A stretch of DNA of 64,000 nucleotides from Tubulanus polymorphus (lineage: Eukaryota; Animalia; Nemertea), in NCBI RefSeq assembly GCF_964204645.1, contig NC_134026.1:22850150-22914149 (forward strand), given 5' to 3'. Of this stretch, positions 52,771-64,000 are shown one piece after another; the stretch's first letter is position 1, and each line of letters opens with the position of its first letter. A program made the translations under genes and the position numbers. The notes under the pieces were generated by a model. It was not told where the DNA came from. It searched no databases and saw only the letters and a program-made list of their open reading frames with translations.

Positions 52771-55708
52771 ATAACTAGTAGCTGTTTCTATTCAATGTCT
52801 GCATTAACCAAATAGGATTCCCTCGACAAACATTTTTTGTGAAGTTCTAATTTCTCTATCAAGGGAGGCATGAATTCAGATAATTTTCATCATCAAATAT
52901 CCACAGAATGGCTGTTTACGGAGGCAACATATCTCTGTATGTAAATGCTTAGGTCAGCAATAAATAATCATACTTGTTTCATGTTTTGTCTGTGGTGCTG
53001 GCATATGTCAACTAATTACACAGTTGGGTCCAGAAATTTATAGTCCTCATATTGATTCAGAGGCACACCTTAACCTCTGGTTAATAAGCTTTATTGAGCA
53101 ATTTTATCAGTTGATCGACTATTGAAGTCATTTCCAAAAGCTGAAATGTAACATATGAACTGATGTAGAGGTATCTTGACCGACTTTAGGTTGGATGTCA
53201 CAGATATTTGAGACACTCAAGACACTCTCCATTAAGACTATTCTACTGAAGTGTTGTTGAGGTATTACTTATGCTTTTATATGGCAAAATCTGGTTGCTA
53301 TTCACACAAGACCTGCAACATATATAGAAATGTGTCTTGGTCAGTATGGACGAGTACCATCTAAACATCATATGGCCAATATTTGCCTTATGTTAAATAA
53401 GCGGCTAAAAAATAATACTTGAAAAGTAGGTTATACCATCCCCTAATCAATACAACCGAGTAGGGATGACCATTGATGGCATTTTTTTAGCCATTTAAGG
53501 GTCAAGCAGTACTATAGCTCCTTACTTAGGCAATGTCTGTGATTTCATTTAGTGCGTCCATTAGTTCAACTTACATAAGTCGGTATTACCTTCAGATTAT
53601 AATGTATTATGATGTGAAGGCTACAGATTTCATAAATGAATTTATGCTATTATTGTTGAACACTCTTTCGTACTCTGCACCAATGTCACTTTGCTACAAC
53701 CTCTCTGTGAATGTTATCACAGTTGTCAAGGTTATCAATATTTTTGTTTTACTTTCAACCACTATGTTCTAATCCTGTTGAAATAAATGCAGTTTCTAGT
53801 TCGATCCTGTAATGTATAACTGGAAGCTACATATTGTTTTGGTTGTCGTGTTGGAGGAACACAATTCCGACACTTTCAGATGACAGCAATTCATTTTTGC
53901 CCATTTCATTTGTTGAGCTAACATTTTATTGAATCTTTCTCTATTTTCTGTTTCAACTTCAATTGAACAATTTACAGTTTGTTCTCGTAAAAATTTCGAC
54001 GGCTTCAGGATATAAATTACTTTATTTCGGGCAAAAGCTGTCACTTCTCAACATAGCAGCGATCATCGCAATGGGGAAGAATTCAATGTCAATGGGATGC
54101 AATTAATTTTCTACTGTATGAAGAGATCCACAAATCTTTATGGTTCTCCATACGTATTTTCTTGTGCAATTTAAGTTTGCATCTTGATTGATGAATCTAG
54201 TGCTTCCTGTACACTGTCAAATCTTCTTGACTGACTTATGGAAATCAAATACTGTTTATTTCTGATCAAATCAGTGTCAGAGAATATTCAGCGTGGCCTG
54301 ATAATTTCTGTTTGATTATCATTCAAGAGCAGAATTCTTAGCAGGTTTCTAGTGGTTTAAGATTGGTATCCACAATATGAGAAAATGAGATGTCGCTTAT
54401 GCTGCATTATTCAGCATCAAATCTAACCCAGAGTGGCGAAGCAGTGTTTAATACGTTGAGGGCCATATCATGATATGATTTAAAGAGATTGTCGATCGTC
54501 CGAACTGGCATAGTTGGTATTACTAGTCAACAGTTCATTTTGATCGGCTCAGATTGGTGAGGCGATGAGTACTGAAGGCAAATTGTTTATTGATAATACA
54601 CGTTTGATAGCGGCCATCAGTCATAACGTCTTGATTATATGATTAAATTTTATCACTGGTCCGGCCCAGCGTCATCGCACTCATTCTTCTGAAACTACCA
54701 ACAACAGAGCCATCTCGCGCTACTTGCACTTTCGTTTACGCAGAAAGCATTTTCAGCCGCCGGTTTGCTGGAAGTTGCCGTGGAAACGGCATAAATGCTG
54801 CCATGTTTGAAAATCGTGTTCCATCCCGTGGATCGGATCGTTGAGCCATAGTTGATTGTGGTTAGCATCATTTCCGTTTGCATGGAACACGTGGATTTAC
54901 TATAATCAAACGATTGTACAAATTAATCGGATATAAATGAATGGAGCTGCGTTCAGGATAATAGTTAACCGCTGCATAAAATTCTTTTTCATTTCGTAAT
55001 TAATGCATTCATCCATCGTCATCGGTGTCGTAAGTTTTTTCGGTGCCCATTGAATGAAAATTCATTCCTCCTCGACTTGGTTTTTCAATCTGATAGGTTA
55101 AGAATTAAGGTTTGCCTTGTAACGATTGCTTATGCTGCTGTATGTTGGTTGTATCAGTATTATCGTCTCATTTATTCAAAAAGTTTTCATAACTTTTTCG
55201 AAGTATCTGTATGTACGTGGCAATATACGTAGGCTGTACAATTTGATGAAATAGTAATTTAATACCTGTCTGTAGTATTCAATGATGATGTACATACAGT
55301 TAAATCCACTCAATTCTATTTCATTGTTTAGTTCAGTTTATGGTTCATGATTATTATAAATATGATGGAAAGAAATGTAAAATGAGGTAGAAAACTTAAC
55401 ATGGAGGGAAAGAGTCGAATTTAGGGTAGATTCATATTCAATACTTTATATCCCTTAAGCTATTGTACCCAGTTCCAGAGTTTTAGATTTGATTTGACTG
55501 TGCAAGTTTAAGAAAATTTGTTTTAATTTATTTCACTCCAGGGTCCACCGATTCTGCAGCTGTGGATTAACATTTGACGCTAGATGATGAAAAGATAATT
55601 AGCTAATTTTGACTCCCGTTGAACATAATCAACAAATGTGGAACTGTGACTATCTATGCATTTGAATAAGAGAATTAGACAGAGAGCCTCGTTTTGTTGT
55701 TTTGACTT

Positions 55709-55900
55709 TAGGATCGTTAACGAGCGTTTTTGGCCCGGAACAACTGAAACAGGCCCAAATCAAACAGGCAAATTTGGCTCACAACCAGGCCTGGGCTGGT
55801 ATCGAGTGAGTGGTTTACTTGTGAACAGGCTCTCTAATTAGGTACGGGCCAAATTTGGCCAACTTGGCCCACCCCAAATCGTCTCCGTCTGATCGCGGCT
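55709..55900. mobile_element. MITE family A copy (degenerate 5' end)
   Basis: Shares TTTTTGGCC..GAACAACTG, CTCTAATTAGGT..GGCCAAATTTG and terminal TCGCGGCT with the 59767 copy. Confidence 0.6.
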
Positions 55901-58900
55901 TTAGGATCTGCTTCTGAATTATAGGGGTTAAGCATGGACTAGAAAATGATTTGATGAGGTCATCGTTAACTCTCGAAAGTTTGAGTTTATTGACTGAATC
56001 CTGGACGTATCATTCTCATTCAAGGACTAGCTTTTTGTACTGAATTCATTTTAGAGTCAATCTAGAATGAAGTACATGTCACATTTCATATTCTAAAGAT
56101 CTTTGCTAGTATTGATGCTTGTGGGATGTTTAGCATAATTTGTCACAATGCACACATTTTGCTTATTCACAAGAGATGTTGCTAATATTGCCTTCTAGAG
56201 ATAAATTGTGGAGAAAATTCATTAATGTTAGTATTCGGCCTGTGATAGCCTTTAGGACTGTGTTTACCATAGTTATATGCGAATATGGCAGCTTAGGATT
56301 TACGCATAATCATTAGTAATAGTTACAGATGTTAAGGAATGATGTATAATTTAGTAAAATTGATATATGGCAATGGCTTCAATTTGAAGTGGACAACACT
56401 GAATATAAATGATATTTTATACTGTTGTATATTTGCAGTCAATGCAGGTTGCTGTGTTTTCAGATGCAATGTAAATCTTCCACTTTTAGTACTGACAGAA
56501 ATCCAATTCGTTTTCGTTAGAGTTAGATTGATAAAGCCTAAATTTTGAACGGTTGCCATCGATTCTGTCATTATTGTTTATCGTAGTTGCGGAACTATTG
56601 TAGTTTTTCATCATTGGCGATTTTAATGACGTTTCTTTTATGCGTGGCATTAAAGAGCAAAGTTTTATTGGACATTGCACTGTTACGACTTGTGGAGACC
56701 GTTTCATTTACATTAGTATTTCAATTAACTGGGTGTCAAGTCAGTCAAACTGTTCCACCCTGCACGATAGGGAATAATTCACAGGCTTCTCCATTACGCG
56801 TGTAATAAACCCTTGACAGTTGATATATTTGGATTGTTTTCAAGTTGAAATGGTCTGTAAGACATTGATCGCAGTAATAACAGAATGGTCATGAAGTCCA
56901 CAGCTTTGGCCACATTGGCACATCGTAAACAACGGTTTGAAGATTGATAAAAACCGAATTTGTATTCATAGATAAATCTGATGGCAATCTCTTCATTGAG
57001 AGGTCTGGGATTATGAATTTGTATGACAGGTGCTTCATTCATCATTTATTGGAATAGAATTGCCGATCAATAGCATTTATTTTGTAATAACTTGGTTTTC
57101 ATTTCATAACGACCTAAAGGTTTTCTCTTTTTTTTCTATTGACTTCTCCATAAAACCTTTTCAATTTAAACTGATAGTTGTTGAATGATACGCGACGCTA
57201 TGATTTACGTACACCTTATTTCAGTACGATTACAAACAATTTCAAAATCAACAAATGAAGCTGATAATCATTTTGACTACTGCTCACGGCTGTGAAGGGT
57301 TAAAGTAATTGAAAATGATGGGTGACTTGCCTTTAGCTTCATATTACCACTTTAGATCTTAATAAATATTTGTCCTCATCTAATTTATGTTGTTCAGGTT
57401 GCCAGGGTACCTCAAAGTTGTATATTACCACATTGTCTTATGGTTTCTCCCAAATTATTCGCTGGTGTCTACTTGACTCATGCTGCAACTGCATAATTTT
57501 TCGTTAACTTGCTCTCTTGTTGTGTAATGTACATTAAGTGTTGCATATATGCAATCTGCGATAAAATGCTAATTCTGGGCTGCGTTTTCTTCCCATAACC
57601 ATTATAAAGATTCAAACCATTGTTTTTGTCCCCTCAACGGACTAATCATAGCTCATTTTCATCATATATCACCGCCCTGGCTAAGTAACTAGGGGCATGA
57701 TTTATAGAGTGGTGTTTACTTTATCCTGGGGATGAACTTAAAAATATATGAGTTACCCCTGGGCTAAGGGTAATATCAGTCTATAAAACCCAGGCGGGCC
57801 TGGGAGGTTGGTGCAGATTCTTAAACTACTGAGAAGTTTTGATTAGTCCAACAAGTCGAATATTGAGTCGATGTTTCCAGGCTGAAATAAGTTTTTGATC
57901 TTAACTTATGCCCGACTTCATGATGTTTTATGCCGTCGTCGTCCGCGTAAGCACATTTTAATTCATTAGTTACATTCGGAATTATATTTTATTTGCCGCG
58001 TGTGTCTTTCATTCCACGCAGCTACAACTCTATGCAAATTGGCTAATTCCGATTTATGGAGTAAGACTTCAATTTTAAGGAGTAATAATATCTTTTTTAA
58101 ACGTAATTATTTTCCTATGGTTCAGTCGCGGGTTCTGCGTGCAGTTAAATCATCTGTTAATTCGGCTTCCTACGTCACTCTTACTTCTAGAAAATGTTGA
58201 ATGAGGATATTTCAAAGCGGTATAACGGTAATCAAGACACGTGAACCAATATCAAATGCGCTTGAAATTATAATGGTAATGATTTTTAAATGGGGAAAAA
58301 TACGAAAAAATTGTCTATCATGGGGACATGTAGTGAACATTGTCAAATGTATGACACCACCATTAAGATAACGGCGGACAATTTGTATTTATTTTGTCAG
58401 GATTTACCAGGATAATGGGGGGCTATTCCAATATTTACTTAGTTCGTGAGGCGAAACTTGAAAAAATGATTAATCTTTCGTCTGTAAACCTAGCAGTTCG
58501 GTCTCTTTTTCATAATTATCATCATAATCATTCTATACATTGTTAGTATTAATACATTATTCATGGTTATTTTCATATGATGTAATGAATTTTTTTTTTC
58601 TTTTAATCAGTCACCACCCCTATATCAAGCTTTCATACAGAAACCAGTCAATTATTTTGAAGGATCTGTACGTTCATGGGATTTATCTAGTTGATTATTG
58701 TAAATATGAAAATTACTTCATTGTTCAATCTAGTAATATGTATTTAGGGAAATGGTTTCTTGAAAGTTCTGGTTATGTAATGGTGTTTAGATTACGGCAG
58801 ATATTCAGGGTGGTCTGAGGACCTGATTAGATCAGCTACATGTTATTAAACAGTGACCTTTCCAGTCTCTCATCGCTCAAGCAATTAAAATGATGGTTGT

Positions 58901-59766
58901 TAAGTTTTCTTGAGAGATTTGGCAGTCCCAGGGATGTTATATCGCGCAATGCTCTATTAAGCGTCTTAAACTTTAGAATGTTGAATATTCGTTCTTATCG
59001 AGCTGGTTGTGAAGTTATCCCATTTGTGAGCAGATTACTTTGAGGAGCGCGCAGCATATCTTGAGAATTAAATTCGCAGTTGTCAAATTATGGGTTTTTT
59101 AAGTACGAGGCGTTACTGGAACATTATCTAAAGGAAATGAAATGCAGTTCATGCAACATTCCATTTGTTTTAAAGAGACATTGATAGATTTTTATTAATC
59201 TCCATACTGTCTGTATGTGTGTATATGCTGACGCTATGTCTTTGCAATCATCCAATTTATTGGCCTTCATTGCCAAACATCATGCATATTTGTTTCAGTG
59301 CCGTCAGTCATAAAGTGCGGAAACAAGAATATTTGCATGTCTTAATTAAGATCTATTGAAATGATTTTTTATGATAATTAACTAGCGTAGCCGTTAATCT
59401 AGGCCAAAATTCTATCCTAGTAGCTGAAACGTTATTCCTTTTGACATAAGATTCATTTGTCATCGCGGGTGATCATTGGTTTTCATTTCCCTTGAACAAC
59501 ATCACTGATTCATATTTCTCTTGTCACAGGCCAAATCTTGATTTATTTTCTGGTGTATGACAACAGGAACCCTGATTAGCATTGTGAAATTTAATCTACC
59601 AAATAACAGCTCCTGAGATATGTACAGAGATGTTGTGTCCTACAACAAGTATTGTTTTGGAATCTTATCACGTATACCGTGGACTCTGTAGAGTCCATGC
59701 CTAAACATTGGAATAATTTTTTGGATCTAATCTTATAAACTAGAGTTTATACATCCATGAGTCAAT

Positions 59767-60045
59767 AGCCACCATCACACATGCATTTTTGGCCTTGGCC
59801 CAGAACAACTGTTCACATGAATGCCAAACGGGCCAAAAACAAACGGACCAGGCCCGAACCAGTTTTTAACATCGGTCAAAGTATTGTATCTGAATTGCAA
59901 CTGGTCATTTTTTTAAGCACTGTTTAGAAATGAGTGAATGGTTTGCATGTGAACGTGCTCTCTAATTAGGTCCTGGCCAAATTTGACTTGAGTCTGATCC
60001 ATACCAATTTGGCCCAGGCCAAATGGTCTCTGTGTGGTCGCGGCT
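59767..60045. mobile_element. MITE family A copy
   Basis: Ends AGCCACCATCACAC...GTGTGGTCGCGGCT; internal GGACCAGGCCCG and CTCTCTAATTAGG. Confidence 0.65.
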
Positions 60046-63000
60046 TATGAAATCATGGACTTATAAAACTGGGGTTTAGTTTATGCATCCATCACTAATA
60101 GGTCCTGACGGAAAATGGTTACAAACAATAAACATACAATCTTTGTGCTTGAGAACTAAACTAAAGAATCTTCTTTAACTTCGTAGAACCAGGCCAGGTA
60201 AAATAAGTATTGCATTTTTCAAATAAGGGTTTAACTATTCTATTTCATTTACAGAAACTCTAGATAAATATTTGATACGTTTATCTTCATCTTTGATCAT
60301 TCTCATCGGATTTCGATGTGCTATGCCGTGCAGCAAATCAGCATGATAGTATGTTATACATGGGAGCATTTCATGAATATTTAATCCGCATTAACTCTGT
60401 AGAGTATTTGACAAAAAAAATGTATGCCGATATGTCAGTCTACATAAAACTGGCCTCCAGTTGCTTCTTGAAGTTCCATACCTATTGCTTAACTAATATG
60501 TTCTGATGTTAATCACATGACTTAGAGGAAATGCCTAATGAAAATATGATTCTGACATGCGATCTAGCCATTGCGGGTTGTTTTTACATTGCCTATTTGG
60601 TATTGACGCTGGACATCATTGTTATGGGCTGACCGGTTGTAGTACAACGAATGTTGGAATTCCCATAGTGGTCAATTTAGCATCATTGCCGATGTGAAAT
60701 GTTTGTGATTCCAACGCAAGTTCATCGTTTCTAGTTCTTTGTGCAAGATTAGCTACATTGACACTACATTATTTCAAATGGTCTAAATTTGGCTCGTTCC
60801 AGTTTAGAATGGACTTAAATAACGTATTGAACTAGGTGATAGAAAACGAAAATGTACAGCAATGATAATAACGATGATATGATTGATAATGATAATATTG
60901 ATGATAATTACGATTTATTATTCAATAGCTCTTCACAGTTAACAGTGACTTATCACAAAACACAGCGATCATTTGTGAAAGCTGCATCAAAACAATCGCA
61001 TTGAATATTTCAAATGCATATGCTACCATGGTTAACTCAGATAACCAAGGGCTGTTACTGAGGTTTTTTTTTCAGAAAACCATTCATTTCAAAGCTCAGA
61101 ATCATTTAGCTATTTTTTTCATTGTGAAAATTTTTACGATTATCTGTTTCCATTTATACACCAGACAAATGGCATCGACTTCAAAAGCGCTTACAAAATT
61201 TTAACGAAAATGATCGAATGTAACTGTGCTTGATTACGAAGGATAGGTTTTCTTTACTTCTCAAAAAGTGCACCAGTTGCTCATCGCTATACTGCATATG
61301 AAGTATCAGACAATGATTCTGGTCTTAATAGAAAATGATGATCGGAATCTCGGAAACCGTCAGACATTTAATGTCGATATGACATGATTAGTGCGGTGAT
61401 CAATACTGTGTGTCATTTTGTATGAATATGTTGCTTCTTGCACTAATTATTTGGTTTTTTGCATTACTCTAGTACAAGATGCTTGCCATTCACGCACGCA
61501 CGATGAATTGGATCTTTTTGCCTTCTAAAAATCATTAATCGGTTTTTTGTTATCTACTTATTCAACAGAGCAGCTTTTTTGAATTAAACTCACCAATGGT
61601 ATTGACATATCTGAAACGAGATTTTAATTGAACTGCATTTCGCTGTTATTAGTTTTAGCCACTTTTTGAATAAGCGATATCTGTTGATTTACAACTCAAT
61701 GAAATGTTTGGGTGCCGCTTTGACCAGGGGCTTAGTGTCTTGTTCAATTCGTATTCTGTTTATCTTAGAACCGTTCACAAGAAGATTGAGATTGAGCGCG
61801 AGCGTTCAGTAAAATAGTTTGCGGAAATTAAGATAGATGTCGATGATGCTCCTATCAGCTCTTACTCCATTACTATTGCCTTGTCGTGACCTAAACATGT
61901 ATCCCATTGATTTCTGCCATATCTGAGTCGTGTTTGAGTCGCTGATTCTTGAAAAATATATGCCTTTGATTCTTATCAATTGGTGCATTCATACCTTCCT
62001 TTGTTACGATAGATACAATTCATGCATTCTTGTCGAGAATGTGTCCTACTTTCAGATCATGTATAGCAATGGTTTTCAAATTCAGGCGTGTCAATTCATA
62101 ACCATACAAAGCGAACGCCACATATATTTTGTTGATGCTAAAGGGCATTGAGGTAAACACATTGAGTGCATACAAAATAGACCTATACTTTGTAGTATTG
62201 GTTATTTTCAGTGCTTTAGAATCTGCGGTTGAATGATCACTCCTTATTGCTATTTGGAGCATTGATTATCTCAGTTCATCATGCAATTAATCTGCACTTT
62301 TTTTAGTGAAACTGCTTTGCAACTTTGCATTTGTTATGATGTTTCAAGGACAGTCATTGAGAATACTGAATCAATAGTTTTAGTGAAATCTAACCCTTGT
62401 GTATGCGTCAAAATTGCTGACACTATATCATAAAAATGTTTTACCTCAATCTTGCAATATGTTTCAGTATTTTGTCCATTATTAAAATCTGTAAGCTAGT
62501 AACAGTCCATATATCAGGTATCTTGGCATTTGGTTTATATATGTTTTTCATTGAACTTAATGCAGTAGCACTCAGTTACCCGCATGTCAAGATGCACAAA
62601 TTTTGCGTTTTCAAAGTTCCTTCTTGAGAAACGATATTCTCCTATTTCAAATAACGAAGAACTTTCCGTGTAAGTGCATCATCATGCAAGTAGTATCAAT
62701 TCGCAGTATGTGTGCGTACGCTGCGATGCCCATTATTCATGTTTCAGCAATTTTCATGTGTACATTTGTCGGAAATTGTGATTTTTTCTGGGCTGGTTCT
62801 ATGGCAATAACTTGCTGTGTTATTCAGCTGCATAGTGCATCAATATAACGAGCTTCATGTTTTAACAATGCAGATATGTTTTGCTTAATGGAAGTTTACA
62901 GTTTATTAAGTATTAATCTGAATGCCCGATCCTCCCTTACTTAATTGGAACTATTCACGAATAGTATCAATGTTAATGGTGACGTCTTCATAAATGCCTA

Positions 63001-63609
63001 ACACTGACAAAGTCTAATGAGACCCAGGGACATTGACGATCACGCCACTTAACTAAGTTTAAGTCGCATATCATTTCATGTAAGGAATTGGAATGTTCCC
63101 ATTATCTACATGACTTCGCTGATGCATGCATAGGTGTACTCATTTGTGGATTCAGTGATGTTGCGATTGGGGCATAGCTTCAGGAGAAATATAGGTGGAG
63201 AATGGCGTACACGGCATGTTTATCGAAATTTTTTCCGAATGTGCTGCACTTTATGGACTGGTAAAGAATCTTATGGTGAGTGGGCATGTTTGTGATAGGC
63301 TATTTAAATGTATACACGAATGGAAAATTACCTGGGCTCAGTTTCAAAATAATCAATCGTTGTCGAAGTCATTAGAATGAGAACATTTTCATAGGTGACT
63401 GCTTTGTGAGAGTGACGTTGTTTATTTGACACCTGAGATCGCGTCCATTTCTTCAAAATGTTTATCTTCTGTTCAAAATGTTTATCTTTTTATGTCGAGA
63501 TAGAACTGTGCACCGAGGACCAAGATATATCGTTTACTATACTTCAGTCGATTGTGCATTCTTATCCATTCTTAATTGTGCATTATCGTATCCATTCTCT
63601 TGATGAAAA

Positions 63610-63908
63610 GCGGTGATCACATGCACACGATTTGGCCCAGGTCACCTTAGATTCAGCCTAATTAGAGAGCATGTTCACATGTAAATCACCGACTCCTTAT
63701 CAGAATGCTATCAAAATGATGCTGTGTTAAGCTGGTCACTTCAAGAATCAATTAGCATTGACATGGAATAATTTGACCTATGCTAAAATTTGGTACGGGC
63801 CTGGTCTTTGGTTGGGCCAAAATGTGGCCCGTCTCAAACAGGCACGGACCCATTTGGCACCAGTGTGGCCAAGTTTGGCCGGGGCCAACTGCTCATGTGA
63901 TCGTGCCT
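63610..63908. mobile_element. MITE family A copy, inverted relative to 59767
   Basis: Contains reverse complements CCTAATTAGAGAGCA..TTCACATG and CGGGCCTGGTC; ends GATCACATG...CATGTGATCGTG. Confidence 0.65.
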
Positions 63909-64000
63909 TTATAAGTTATATCGATTCTAGTCTTGTAAATGAACGATTGTAGTAATTTCTGTTGATGAAGTTATGAATAATTAGGCAGCAAGTCATGACC

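Overview
AT-rich, intron-rich eukaryotic genomic DNA. The repeat types (HINE/Helentron-like elements, a CORE-like SINE, MITEs) suggest an invertebrate animal, possibly a lophotrochozoan; this is inference. The left ~6 kb holds a complete 17-exon minus-strand phosphoacetylglucosamine mutase gene (PGM3/AGM1, 1770-6043, 545 aa by manual splicing). Head-to-head with it, across a compact promoter, a very long plus-strand transcription unit appears to begin and runs past the window end. Only short candidate 5'/alternative first exons are visible (8157, 13199, 22933, 24171, 36481, perhaps 44790). Several encode Cys-rich, polybasic or myristoylation-type N-termini, and one resembles the KChIP3/calsenilin N-terminus. 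The most striking signals are two strong zero-length-exon AG|GT sites (30069/30070 and 50651/50652), about 20.6 kb apart, each followed by a cryptic donor 47-54 nt downstream. This is the architecture of Drosophila-type recursive-splicing ratchet points. There is also a candidate 15-nt microexon and a candidate poison exon in PGM3 intron 6. Most ORFs in the supplied track are chance ORFs.
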